NCBI GenBank assembly: GCA_040756875.1
Contig: JBFLYH010000001.1
Span: forward strand, 1,212,878-1,276,877
Origin: a candidate division FCPU426 bacterium
GTDB lineage: Bacteria > Oederibacteriota > JAAXVQ01 > JAUVAV01
Direction of reading: 5' to 3'
DNA length: 64,000 nt
Positions 20,052 to 29,875 of this stretch are shown here, piece by piece. Within the stretch, counting starts at the first letter, position 1. Each line of letters starts with the position of its first letter. The position numbers and the translations under genes were made by a program. Under the pieces are notes generated by a model, which made no database searches, was not told the origin of the DNA, and saw only the letters and a list, made by a program, of their open reading frames with translations.

Positions 20052-20085
20052 CCGCGAAGCTCCGGCCGAAACCGGGGCTTCGCGG
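20052..20085 (-). terminator. GC-rich hairpin downstream of nifJ
   Basis: CCGCGAAGC(T)CCGG...CCGG(G)GCTTCGCGG inverted repeat just after the nifJ stop; no strong U-tract. Confidence 0.45.
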
Positions 20086-20102
20086 ACGGCCGGGGCCGTT
20101 TG

Positions 20103-23100
20103 TTATCCTGCCAATACCGCTTCCTGTCCGGGCTGCGCCTGCTGTTCGGTTCCGGCCGCAGGCTTGGAAAAATCCAGCTTGGACAGGCGGACGTAGGAAT
20201 TGTACCGCCATTTCGCGTTTTCCTCGGCTGCGGCGAACAGTTCGCCGGCCACGTCGGGGAACGATTTCTTCAGCGACGAATAGCGGACTTCGCTGGCCAG
20301 GAAATTCTGGAATTCCGCCCATTTGGGTTCTTTCGAATCCAGCTGGAAGGGATTCTTGCCTTCCTTTTCCAGGCGCGGGTCGAACCGGTACAGGTGCCAG
20401 TACCCGCACTCGACCGCGTTTTTCCCCTGCCGCTGCGATTGCCCCATGTTGCGGATGCCGTGGTTGATACAGGGCGAATAGGCGATGATGAGCGACGGGC
20501 CCGGATAGGCTTCGGCTTCGCGGATGGCCTTCAGGTACTGGTTCTGATTGGCGCCCATGTCCACTTGCGCCACGTAGACGTAACCGTAGCTCATGGCCAT
20601 CATGCCCAGGTCCTTCTTGCGGATGCGCTTGCCGGAAGCCGCGAACTTGGCCACCGCCGCCACCGGCGTGGATTTGGACGCCTGGCCGCCGGTGTTGGAA
20701 TAGACTTCCGTGTCCAGCACCAGGATGTTGACGTCCTCGCCCGTGGCGATCACGTGGTCCAAACCGCCGTAACCGATGTCGTACGCCCAGCCGTCGCCGC
20801 CGAAAATCCAGATGGACTTCTTTACGAGGTACTGGGCCAGCTTGAGGATCTCCGCCGCCGCCGGGCTCTTTTCGCCCTTGAGCGAGGCGATCACCTTGGC
20901 TGAAGCCGCCTTGGATTTTTCCGCGTCGTCCTTGCCGGCCAGCCACTCGTCGAATGCGGCCTGGGTCTCGGGTTTGGCCGAGGGTCTGGCTTCCTGCATC
21001 AGCACTGCGATCCGTTCGCGGAGTTGGCGCACGCCCGTGGCCATGCCGTAGCCGTACTCCGCATTGTCCTCGAAGAGCGAGTTGGCCCAGGCCGGCCCGC
21101 AGCCCTGGGCGTTGGTCGTGTAGGGCGACGAGGGCGAAGAGCCGCCGTAAATCGAGGAACACCCCGTGGCATTGGCGATCAGCATGCGGTCGCCGTAGAG
21201 CTGGGTGACCAGCTTGATGTACGGGGTTTCGCCGCAGCCCGCGCAGGCGCCTGAAAATTCGAACAGCGGCTGGGCGAACTGCGAGTTTTTAAGGCTCGCG
21301 GTTTTGGGTTGCAGGGTGTCTTTGTACGATACGTGCTTGGTAAAATAATTCCAGCGCGCGATCTCCTCTTCCTGCGTGGCCAGGGGTTTCATGACCAATG
21401 CCTTGGTCTTGGCCGGGCAGACGTCCGCGCAATTGCCGCAGCCCGTGCAATCCTGGACGCTGACCTGGATCTTGAACTTCAGGCCCTTGAACGCCGGGCC
21501 GATGGCGTCGAGGGTCTTGGTGTTGGCCGGCAGGCCTTTCACTTCCCCCTCGTTGAGCAGGAAGGGCCGGATGACCGCGTGCGGGCAGACATAGGCGCAC
21601 TGGTTGCACTGGATGCAGTTTTCCGGCAGCCATTCCGGCACGTTCACCGCGATCGAGCGCTTCTCATAGGCCGAGGTTCCGGCCGGCAACGTGCCGTCTT
21701 CGCGCCCTTTGAAGACGCTGACCGGCAGATCGTCGCCTTTCAGCCGGTTGATCGGGTCCACGAACTGGCTGATGAACTCGGGGACGTCCCCGTCCGGGGC
21801 GGGCTTTTCCACCTTGAGGCTTTTCCAGGCGGCTGGGATCTCGACCTTGGTCACGGCCTGGCCGCGGTCAATGGCGTTGTGGTTCATTTTGACCACTTGC
21901 TCGCCCTTCTTGCCGTAGGTTTTTTCCACCATCATCTTCATCTCTTTTTCCGCCAGCTGGTAATCGATCACGTGGGAGATTTTAAAGAAGGCGGCCTGCA
22001 TGATGGTGTTGGTGCGGTTGCCCAGGCCCAGGTCCTCGGCGATCTGCGTGGCGTTGATGATGTAGAAGTTGATCTCGTTGTCCGCCAGGTATTTTTTCAT
22101 GTGGGCCGGCAGGTGCGTTTCCAGTTCCGCCGGCGTCCAGAGCGTGTTGAGCAGGAAGGTCCCGCCCTTTTTCAATCCTTTAAGGACGTCGTACTTGTCC
22201 AGGTAGGACTGGACCGAGCAGGCCACGAAATCCGGCACGCTGACATAGTAGGCGGAACGGATGGGCGTGTCGCCGAAGCGCAGGTGCGAGATGGTCACGC
22301 CGCCTGATTTCTTGGAATCGTAGGCGAAATAGGCCTGGCAGTATTTGTCCGTGGTCTCGCCGATGATCTTGATGGTGTTCTTGTTGGCGCCGACCGTGCC
22401 GTCCGAGCCCAGGCCGAGGAACTTGGCCTGGTACGTGCCCGCGGGCACCACGTTGATCTCCGGCAGGACCGGCAGCGAGGTGAACGAAACGTCGTCCACG
22501 ATGCCCACGGTGAAGCGGTTTTTCGGCTCCTTGGCCTTGAGGTTCTCGAATACGGCCATCATCTGCGCGGGCGTGGTGTCCTTGGAGGAGAGGCCGTAGC
22601 GGCCGCCGACGACCAGGGGCGCGTTGGGCCGGCCGTAGAAAATGTCCTTGATGTCCAGATAGAGCGGTTCGCCGTTGGCGCCGGGCTCCTTGGTGCGGTC
22701 TAGCACGGCGATGCGCTTGGCGCTCGCCGGGACGGCTTGGAGGAAGTACTTGGCCGAAAAGGGGCGGTAGAGGTGGACTGCCACCAGCCCGACTTTTTCC
22801 CCCTTTTTCAGGAGCACGTCGATGACTTCCTTGAGGGTGTCGGTGACCGACCCCATGGCGACGATGACGTTTTCCGCCTGGGGATCGCCGTAATAATCAA
22901 ACGGCTGGTATTTCCGCCCGGTCAGTTTGGATAATTCACCCATGTAGTGGGCGACGATGTCCGGCACCGCGTCGTAGAAGAGGTTGGCCGCTTCGCGCGC
23001 CTGAAAATAGATGTCCGGGTTCTGGGCCGTGCCGCGCGTCACCGGGTGCTCGGGGTTGAGCGCGTTGTCGCGGAACGCCTGGAGCGCCTGGCGGTCCAGG

Positions 23101-23687
23101 AGCTTCTCCACGTCAGCCTCGGAGAGCGCCTCGATCTTCTGGATCTCGGCCGAGGTGCGGAACCCGTCGAAGAAATGCAGGAACGGGATGCGGGATTTGG
23201 CGGCAGCCAGGTGCGCCACGGCGGACAGGTCCATGATCTCCTGGACCGACCCGGTGGCGAACAGGGCGAACCCGGCTTGCCGGGTGGCCATCACGTCGCT
23301 GTGGTCCCCGAAAATGGAGAGCGCCTGCGCTGCCAGCGAGCGGGCGGAGACGTGGAAGACCCCGGGCAGCAATTCCCCCGAGATTTTGTACATGTTGGGG
23401 ATCATGAGCAGGAGGCCCTGCGAGGCGGTGAAAGTCGAGGTCAGGGCGCCGGCCTGCAAAGCGCCGTGCACCGCGCCCGCGGCGCCGGCTTCGCTCTGCA
23501 TTTCCGTGACGCGGACGACCTCGCCGAACAGGTTTTTCCTGCCCTGGGCGGCCCATTCGTCCACGTATTCGGCCATGGTGGACGACGGGGTGATCGGATA
23601 GATGGCGGCCACTTCGCTGAACATATAGGCGATGTGCGCCGCAGCGTAGTTGCCGTCACAGGTAATGAATTTTTTTGCCATGATCAA
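20103..23687 (-). CDS. nifJ: Pyruvate:ferredoxin (flavodoxin) oxidoreductase
   Basis: YPITPS, MQSEAGAAG, CIQCNQC and CTGCGNC Fe-S motifs, GACAGCGE, GGDGWAYDIG, YSNTGGQ. Confidence 0.97.
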   Translation of the reverse strand: MIMAKKFITCDGNYAAAHIAYMFSEVAAIYPITPSSTMAEYVDEWAAQGRKNLFGEVVRVTEMQSEAGAAGAVHGALQAGALTSTFTASQGLLLMIPNMYKISGELLPGVFHVSARSLAAQALSIFGDHSDVMATRQAGFALFATGSVQEIMDLSAVAHLAAAKSRIPFLHFFDGFRTSAEIQKIEALSEADVEKLLDRQALQAFRDNALNPEHPVTRGTAQNPDIYFQAREAANLFYDAVPDIVAHYMGELSKLTGRKYQPFDYYGDPQAENVIVAMGSVTDTLKEVIDVLLKKGEKVGLVAVHLYRPFSAKYFLQAVPASAKRIAVLDRTKEPGANGEPLYLDIKDIFYGRPNAPLVVGGRYGLSSKDTTPAQMMAVFENLKAKEPKNRFTVGIVDDVSFTSLPVLPEINVVPAGTYQAKFLGLGSDGTVGANKNTIKIIGETTDKYCQAYFAYDSKKSGGVTISHLRFGDTPIRSAYYVSVPDFVACSVQSYLDKYDVLKGLKKGGTFLLNTLWTPAELETHLPAHMKKYLADNEINFYIINATQIAEDLGLGNRTNTIMQAAFFKISHVIDYQLAEKEMKMMVEKTYGKKGEQVVKMNHNAIDRGQAVTKVEIPAAWKSLKVEKPAPDGDVPEFISQFVDPINRLKGDDLPVSVFKGREDGTLPAGTSAYEKRSIAVNVPEWLPENCIQCNQCAYVCPHAVIRPFLLNEGEVKGLPANTKTLDAIGPAFKGLKFKIQVSVQDCTGCGNCADVCPAKTKALVMKPLATQEEEIARWNYFTKHVSYKDTLQPKTASLKNSQFAQPLFEFSGACAGCGETPYIKLVTQLYGDRMLIANATGCSSIYGGSSPSSPYTTNAQGCGPAWANSLFEDNAEYGYGMATGVRQLRERIAVLMQEARPSAKPETQAAFDEWLAGKDDAEKSKAASAKVIASLKGEKSPAAAEILKLAQYLVKKSIWIFGGDGWAYDIGYGGLDHVIATGEDVNILVLDTEVYSNTGGQASKSTPVAAVAKFAASGKRIRKKDLGMMAMSYGYVYVAQVDMGANQNQYLKAIREAEAYPGPSLIIAYSPCINHGIRNMGQSQRQGKNAVECGYWHLYRFDPRLEKEGKNPFQLDSKEPKWAEFQNFLASEVRYSSLKKSFPDVAGELFAAAEENAKWRYNSYVRLSKLDFSKPAAGTEQQAQPGQEAVLAG

Positions 23688-23896
23688 GGCTCCCTTCGAG
23701 CTTATTAATATATGATAGATTCAGGGCCAAAACCCATTAAATCCTGGTTGAAATTGGATGCCATTCCAGTGGAATTCTCAGTGGGAAGCTTGGATTTTCA
23801 TGGACCGGCATGGCACAAACGGAAGCCAGTGTATCACAAACCGCCCTCTATTTCACTAAAAATCCCCGCAAGCGAGCAGGTGATTAGCCCGGCTTT

Positions 23897-24304
23897 TTAC
23901 GCAATTCTATTTTCCAGTCCCGCAACCCGCAAGTCAAGTCCTGCCAAATCTTCGGCATCCGCCTTGCGTCTTAGCTCAGCTTTAATCTCAGTCTGACCTT
24001 GATGAAGCAGGACCAGTTGGCCGTTCATCACGGCCTGGTCCTTGCGCATTTCGGCAAATTGCCCGCGCAGTTCGGCTTGGTCTTTGCGCATCTCGGTAAA
24101 CTGCCCTTTAAGTTCGGTCTGGCCAAGATGCAGCACCGCAACTTCATGCTTCAGCGACCGGACGTCACCTTCGACTTGACCGAGCCGTTCATCCACCTTG
24201 TCAAAACGATGGTTCATGACTTCGACAACCTTTTTAATATCAGAACGAAACTCTTCGACCACGGTCTTGAATTCGGTCATGGTAATACTTCCTTCTTCCG
24301 ACAT
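23897..24304 (-). CDS. Small coiled-coil repeat protein (paralog of 59870-60361)
   Basis: GGAGG RBS before ATG 24304; 14-aa repeat QF(T/A)EMRKDQA; termini shared with the 59870-60361 protein. Confidence 0.7.
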   Translation of the reverse strand: MSEEGSITMTEFKTVVEEFRSDIKKVVEVMNHRFDKVDERLGQVEGDVRSLKHEVAVLHLGQTELKGQFTEMRKDQAELRGQFAEMRKDQAVMNGQLVLLHQGQTEIKAELRRKADAEDLAGLDLRVAGLENRIA

Positions 24305-24316
24305 TTTAGCCTCCTC

Positions 24317-24345
24317 ATTGTGGGTCAACCAAGCGGGACTGTCAA
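24317..24345 (-). promoter_or_regulatory. Sigma70-like promoter TTGACA-N17-CACAAT abutting the RBS
   Basis: TTGACA (24345-24340), 17 bp spacer, CACAAT (24322-24317); same layout at 60402-60374 and 60874-60846. Confidence 0.6.
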
Positions 24346-24500
24346 TTCCTTAATCCGCACTCTTTAGACCCAGAGGGGCTACAAACCACGCAGAATATTT
24401 ACGCGCCTCAATCGTAAGCGGAGGGGGAGCCGCCAGGCGCCGGGAACTGTGTCGTTTAAAGGTAGGTGGCAAGGAAAATCAGGACAATTCCAAGGCAGGC

Positions 24501-25100
24501 CTACAGTTCCCTCCTGCCGGAAAGCGCCTGGCCGAGGGTGATGTCGTCCGCGTATTCCAGGTTGCTCCCGGCCGGGAGCCCGGAAGCCAGGCGGGTGACC
24601 TTGACGCCCAGGGGTTTGATGAGCTTGCCCAGGTAAATGGCCGTGGCCTCGCCCTCCACGTCCGGGTTGGTGGCCACCACCACTTCCTTGATGCTTCCCT
24701 CCCGCAGCCGGTTGAGCAGCTCCGCGATCTTCAAATCATCCGGCCCGATCCCGTCCAGGGGCGAGAGCGTGCCCATCAACACGTGGTAGCGGCCTGAGAA
24801 GACCCGCGCCCGTTCCAGGGAAAACACGTCGTTGGGCTCCTCGACCACGCACAACTGGGCGGGATCGCGGCGGGGGTCCTTGCAGATGGGGCAGATTTCC
24901 TCTTCGCACAGGCCGAAGCAGACGCTGCAGTAGCGGATGCGGTCCTTGGCTTCCACCAGGGCGTTGGCCAGGCGCTCCACCGCGGCCCGGTCCTGCCGGA
25001 GCAGATAAAAGGCGAGCCGCTGCGCGGTCTTGGGCCCCACGCCGGGCATGCGCCCCAGCTCATCGATCATGCGGGCCAGGGCGCCCAGGTAGAGGGTCAT
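24501..25100 (-). CDS. recR: Recombination mediator RecR
   Basis: PGVGPKTAQRLAF HhH, C4 zinc finger, Toprim (YHVL.G.LSP, ATNP.VEGEATA). Confidence 0.97.
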   Translation of the reverse strand: MTLYLGALARMIDELGRMPGVGPKTAQRLAFYLLRQDRAAVERLANALVEAKDRIRYCSVCFGLCEEEICPICKDPRRDPAQLCVVEEPNDVFSLERARVFSGRYHVLMGTLSPLDGIGPDDLKIAELLNRLREGSIKEVVVATNPDVEGEATAIYLGKLIKPLGVKVTRLASGLPAGSNLEYADDITLGQALSGRREL

Positions 25101-25402
25101 GCGCCCAGCCCCGAACCCAGGCCGGGAATGGAGCCCAACTGGGAGGCAGCCAGTTGCTGCGCCCGGCTCAGGGCCTGGCTCAGGGCTTCCTTGACCAGGG
25201 TTTCCAGGCGGCGCGCGTCGTTTTGCGCCACCAGGGCCGGGTCGAGGTGGATGTGTTTGACTTCCATGCTGCCTGAAAGCTCGACGCGCACGGCGCCGCC
25301 CGCAGCCTGGCCTTCGGCGGTCAGGTTTTTCAGCGCCGAACGGGCTTTCTTCAATTCAGACTGCATGCTTTGCAGCTGCTTGGCCATGTTCAAGAAATTC
25401 AT
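25097..25402 (-). CDS. ybaB: YbaB/EbfC nucleoid-associated protein
   Basis: Conserved position between dnaX and recR; GQAAGGAVRVELSG motif. Confidence 0.9.
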   Translation of the reverse strand: MNFLNMAKQLQSMQSELKKARSALKNLTAEGQAAGGAVRVELSGSMEVKHIHLDPALVAQNDARRLETLVKEALSQALSRAQQLAASQLGSIPGLGSGLGA

Positions 25403-27093
25403 TTCGTTCCTCCTGCCGGCGGTTTCCGCACCACGTCCACGATCTGTCCCCCGAACATCTCCAGGGTCTTTTGCACCAGCGGTTCCCGCCGGGCGATTTC
25501 CTCGAAATCCTGCTTGGTGGCCGGCGCTTCGGTTTCAGCCTTGGCCGCGGCCTGCGACTTGACGCGCAGGCGCGTGGGCCGGCCGAGCTCGGCTGCCAGC
25601 GCCGCCTCCACCACGCGGCGGGCCTCCTCCTGCTCGAGCCCGGTGGCGTGGTAGGCGGACGCGCAATCCAGCTCCACCCAGCCTTCCTCGGCGTTGGCCA
25701 CCGTCACGTCGCGCAGCAGCGCCTGCACGCGGCGGTTTTGGTTGCCGACCGCCAGCAGCACCGCGGGCCAGGCCTGGCGGACCCGGTCCGGATAGGTCGC
25801 GGGCGGCACGTCCTCAAGCGCGTCAGCCACCAGGGCCGGTTCTCCGGCAGGGGCCTCGGCTTCAGGCTCCGCCGCCGCTGCCGCGGGTTCGGCCTGGGGG
25901 GCCGGCGAAAAGCGGTTGGCCGCGGCGGCCGGCGGTTCGGCGCTGGCCAGGCGCGTTTCCATGGCCTGCAGCTGCGTCCAGACGGTTTCCAGGGAGACTA
26001 CGCGGTCAGCCGCGCACAGCTGCAGCAGGAGCAGTTCGAGCAGCAGGCGGGGATGCTGGGTGTAGCGCAGCTGGTCGTCCGTGGCCGCCGCCACTTTCGC
26101 CACCTGCAGCAGTTCCTCCAGGGGGAACAGCTTGGCCTGCCGGACCAGCTCCTCGGCGCGGTAGCCGGCCAGGCTGGGCAGGTCCTGCGGCGAGGCCGCG
26201 GCGCGCGCCAGCACCAGCCGGCGCCAGTACTCCACCCAGTCCTTCATGAACAGGCGCAGGTCCGCCCCGCCCGAAACCAGTTGTTCGACGATTTCCAGGG
26301 CGCGGTTCGCGTCCCGCTGGGACACGGCGTCCACCAGTCCGGAAAAAACCTCGGCCGCCACCAGCCCCAGCACGGTCACCACGTCCTGGGCCGTGACCTT
26401 CTGCCCGCTGTAGCTCACCACCTGGTCGAACAGGCTCTGCGCGTCGCGCAGGCTGCCGTCCGCGCCCCGGGCCACCACTTCCAGGGCCTCGGGCTCCACG
26501 CTGATGGACTCGGCGGCGGCCATGGTGGACAGCCGGCCGACGATCTCCTTGGTCGGAATGCGGCGGAAGTCGAAACGCTGGCAGCGGCTCACGATCGTGG
26601 CCGGCACCTTGTGGGCCTCGGTCGTGGCCAGGATGAAGAGGGTGTGGGCCGGCGGTTCTTCCAGGGTTTTAAGCAGCGCGTTGAAGGCCGCGTTGCTCAT
26701 CATGTGGACTTCGTCGATGATGATGACCTTGTAGCGGCAGGAGACCGGCGCGTAGCGGACCTTCTCGCGCAGGTCGCGGGCGTCGTCCACCAGGCCGTTG
26801 GAGGCCGCGTCGATTTCGATCACGTCCGTGGAACCGCCGCCGCCGATCTCCTCGCAGCGCACGCAGTGGTTGCACGGCTCCCCGCCCTCCTGGGGCGAAA
26901 GGCAGTTCACGGCCTTGGCCAGGAGCCGGGCCGTGGTGGTTTTTCCGACCCCCCGGGGGCCGGTGAAGAGATAGGCGTGGGAAATGCGGTTCGCGCCGAT
27001 GGCGTTCTTCAGGGTCTGGACCACGTGCGCCTGGCCCACCACGGACTCGAAGGTTTGCGGCCGCCACTTGCGGGCCATGACGATATAGGACAT
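25399..27093 (-). CDS. dnaX: DNA polymerase III subunit gamma/tau
   Basis: MSYIVMARKWRPQTF start, GPRGVGKTT, EIDAASN, DEVHM, NALLKTLEEPP, SRC; start set at ATG 27093. Confidence 0.97.
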   Translation of the reverse strand: MSYIVMARKWRPQTFESVVGQAHVVQTLKNAIGANRISHAYLFTGPRGVGKTTTARLLAKAVNCLSPQEGGEPCNHCVRCEEIGGGGSTDVIEIDAASNGLVDDARDLREKVRYAPVSCRYKVIIIDEVHMMSNAAFNALLKTLEEPPAHTLFILATTEAHKVPATIVSRCQRFDFRRIPTKEIVGRLSTMAAAESISVEPEALEVVARGADGSLRDAQSLFDQVVSYSGQKVTAQDVVTVLGLVAAEVFSGLVDAVSQRDANRALEIVEQLVSGGADLRLFMKDWVEYWRRLVLARAAASPQDLPSLAGYRAEELVRQAKLFPLEELLQVAKVAAATDDQLRYTQHPRLLLELLLLQLCAADRVVSLETVWTQLQAMETRLASAEPPAAAANRFSPAPQAEPAAAAAEPEAEAPAGEPALVADALEDVPPATYPDRVRQAWPAVLLAVGNQNRRVQALLRDVTVANAEEGWVELDCASAYHATGLEQEEARRVVEAALAAELGRPTRLRVKSQAAAKAETEAPATKQDFEEIARREPLVQKTLEMFGGQIVDVVRKPPAGGTK

Positions 27094-27257
27094 GCGTGCT
27101 CCTTGAACGTTGGCGTTGCGACGAGGAAAGCGAGGATGTATGAAACAGGCGGTTATTCTACACTTCACTTCGCGGGGCGTCAAGAGATGCTCCCGCAGCG
27201 GAATTCTTCAAATGAAAAAAATCTCCCCTCCCTCGAGGAGAGGGGGCAAGAATGCCG

Positions 27258-28400
27258 CTATGACACGCCTCCGTCCAGAGCCTCCACGTAGTTGGCCAGG
27301 GTCTTTTGGGCCGTGGCTTCCCAGGTGAAGTGCTTGGCCTGAAGGTATCCGGCCAGGGCCATGCGGTGCGCCTCGTTGGGGTCGGTGAGGATCTGCAGGG
27401 TTTCGGTGCAGATGCTGCGCGGGTCCTCCGGGTTGGCGTAACGCACCGCGTTCGCGGCCAGCTCCGGGATGGACCCCACCTTGGACGTCAGCACCGGCAC
27501 GCCCAGGTGGAACGCCTGCAAGAGCGGCAGGCCGAAGCCTTCGGCGCGGGTGGGATACGCGAACACCGACGCGCCCTGAAACAGCGCGGTCAGCATGCGT
27601 TCCGGAATATAACCCAGGATCCGGAGGCGGTCCTGCAGGCCCAGCTGGCTGGCCAGCGTGGGCACGTGGGAGCGTTCGGCCTTTTCGAAGCCCGCCAGCA
27701 CCAGCATCTGCAGGGCCGAACGCGGCATGCGGGCGAAGGCGCGCACCAGGTTGGCGCTGTTCTTGCGCAGGTCGATGGCGCCGAAGCCCAGCATGTACGG
27801 CTGCTTGATCTTCAGTTCGCCGAGAATTTCGTGGACCTCCCCTTCGGTCAGGGCCGGGTGCAGGTGCGGCTGGGCCAGGGGCACCACGCGGATGTTCTCC
27901 ACGGGCAGGTGCAGTTTGGTGATCAGCTCGGACTGGGAGTGCTCCGAGTCCGTCAGAATGCGCCGGGCCCGCCGGGCGCCGGCCCGCACGGTCAGGCGGT
28001 AGTACCAGTGGGCCCACACTTGGCGTGGATACACCCGGCCCGTGATTTCCCGCAACGGCCTCAGAAAAATGGCGTCGTGGATGGTCACGATGTGCGGCAC
28101 CGCGGAGCGCAGCGCCGAGGCGTTCGCCGTGAAATGCAGCAGCCCGGCCCCGGCGCGCCGCGCCAGGGTGGGCAACACGCTCTGCTCCCACAGCGCCGGA
28201 TTGCCGGCCGTGCCCCACAGGCGCTCCACCGCGTGCAAGCCGGGCCAGGGATCGTCGCCCGCGCGCCGGTCCAGGGCCACTTTGATGCCCACGGGACGCG
28301 ACTGGCCGGCCAGGGCGGCCACCAGGCGGAGCGCGTAGACGCCCATGCCGCGGGGCCGGCCCTGGGCCGGGCGTCCGTCGACCAGCACGAAGGACTTCAT
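27258..28400 (-). CDS. GT4-family glycosyltransferase
   Basis: TIHDAIF, RKNS, EGFGLPLLQA, SIPE motifs; start at ATG 28400 (ATGA overlap). Confidence 0.9.
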   Translation of the reverse strand: MKSFVLVDGRPAQGRPRGMGVYALRLVAALAGQSRPVGIKVALDRRAGDDPWPGLHAVERLWGTAGNPALWEQSVLPTLARRAGAGLLHFTANASALRSAVPHIVTIHDAIFLRPLREITGRVYPRQVWAHWYYRLTVRAGARRARRILTDSEHSQSELITKLHLPVENIRVVPLAQPHLHPALTEGEVHEILGELKIKQPYMLGFGAIDLRKNSANLVRAFARMPRSALQMLVLAGFEKAERSHVPTLASQLGLQDRLRILGYIPERMLTALFQGASVFAYPTRAEGFGLPLLQAFHLGVPVLTSKVGSIPELAANAVRYANPEDPRSICTETLQILTDPNEAHRMALAGYLQAKHFTWEATAQKTLANYVEALDGGVS

Positions 28401-29875
28401 TTGGTCCCTCCCGCGGCCCAGCGGCGGGTGGCGGCCCGGACCCATTTCCACGGGAAGAAGAGCGCTTTCACCACCAGCAGGAGTTCGTGCGCGATTTCGA
28501 AAAGGTTGCGCCGCAGCAGCCGTCCCGGCCACCAGAAGCCGAGGTGGTAGCGCAGGTAGCGGCTGCGGGAGAACCGTTCGGCCTCGGCGAACGCCCGGCG
28601 GCGCTCCTCGGCCGGAAACGCCGGCGTCTCGAAAACCGGCTCGGGGCTCAGGTGGTCGAAGGCCCGGTAATCCGGATTCAAAAATTTACCCTCCCGGCTG
28701 GCGTGGTCCCACAGGCGGGTGCCGGGATACGGCAGCGCCTGGTAGAACGCCGGCAGCTCGATGTCCGATTCGCGGGCGAAGGCGATGGAAGCGCGCACGG
28801 TTTGCAGCGTGTCCCCCGGGTTCCCGATCATGAACATGCCGAGGACCTGGATGCCCGCGTCCCGGCACATCCGCACCGCCCGCGCCATGTCTTCGGGCGT
28901 TTCTTTTTTGCCGATCGCGGACAGCACCCCGGGGCTCACGGATTCGATGCCCAGGGACACGCGGTGGCAGCCCGCGCGCCGCATTTTGCGGAGCAGTTCG
29001 GGCGTCACGGTGTCGGCCCGCAGGCCCTGGACCACCCAGTTGAGGCGCAGTCGCCGCCGCAACAGCTCGTCGCACAGCCCGGAAATGTGGCGGTCGTCGA
29101 AGGCCAGGTTGTCGTCGTTGAAATGGACGAGCTTGCGCCCCCACTGGCGGACGAGCCAGGCCAGTTCCTCGACCACGTGGTCAGGCCCGCGCCGTATCCA
29201 TTGCCTGCCCCAGATGGTGCGGATGGAGCAAAATGCGCAATCCATGGGGCAGCCGCGGCTGGTCAGCAGGGCGTGCTGACGGTACCGCCGCATGGGAAAC
29301 AAGTGCCAGGCCGGAAACGGCAGGCCGTCGAGTTCCTGGATCCGCGGCGCCGCGGGATTGGCCCGCACCCGGCTGCCGTCGCGGAACACCAGGCCCGGAA
29401 CCTGGGCCAGCACCTCGGGCTTCGCCTCGCCGCTGCGCTTGAGCACTTCCACGAAATCCGCGACCGCGGCCTCGCCCTCGCCCCGGAAAGCGAAATCCAC
29501 GGCCGGGTCCGCCAGGCTGCCTTCGGGATCCACGGCCACGTGCGGGCCGCCGAGCACCACCGGCGCGCCGGGAAAGCGCTGCTTGACCAGGCGCGCGGCT
29601 GACAGGGCTTCGCGGAAGGTGAAGCTGGTCGCGGTCACGCCCACCATCTGATAGGGATGGGAAAAAAACCGCCTGACTTCGTGCTGGGTGGCCACGCCCG
29701 CGTCCAGGACCGACACCTGGTTGCCGTGGTGTTCCAGGCTCGCGGCGATATAAGCCAGGCCCAGGGACGGCAGCAGGCGCCGGCCCGGACGTTTGCGCGT
29801 CTGGGCGGCGGTCAAGCCCTCCGGATTGATCAGGGCCACCTGCCAGGCCGCAGAACCAAATGGTTCCGAACTCAC
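28397..29875 (-). CDS. B12-binding radical SAM enzyme (class B methyltransferase-like)
   Basis: PSLGLAYIAA, VLGGPH, RGEGE, TSRGCPMDCAFC, SLGIES, PYPGT; GTG start at 29875 (GTGA overlap). Confidence 0.9.
   Translation of the reverse strand: MSSEPFGSAAWQVALINPEGLTAAQTRKRPGRRLLPSLGLAYIAASLEHHGNQVSVLDAGVATQHEVRRFFSHPYQMVGVTATSFTFREALSAARLVKQRFPGAPVVLGGPHVAVDPEGSLADPAVDFAFRGEGEAAVADFVEVLKRSGEAKPEVLAQVPGLVFRDGSRVRANPAAPRIQELDGLPFPAWHLFPMRRYRQHALLTSRGCPMDCAFCSIRTIWGRQWIRRGPDHVVEELAWLVRQWGRKLVHFNDDNLAFDDRHISGLCDELLRRRLRLNWVVQGLRADTVTPELLRKMRRAGCHRVSLGIESVSPGVLSAIGKKETPEDMARAVRMCRDAGIQVLGMFMIGNPGDTLQTVRASIAFARESDIELPAFYQALPYPGTRLWDHASREGKFLNPDYRAFDHLSPEPVFETPAFPAEERRRAFAEAERFSRSRYLRYHLGFWWPGRLLRRNLFEIAHELLLVVKALFFPWKWVRAATRRWAAGGTK

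Noticed and set aside
27094-27257. SRP RNA (ffs), often found upstream of dnaX
   Set aside because: No SRP domain IV motif (CAGG...GGAA...AGCAG) seen; only a short hairpin near 27214-27246.
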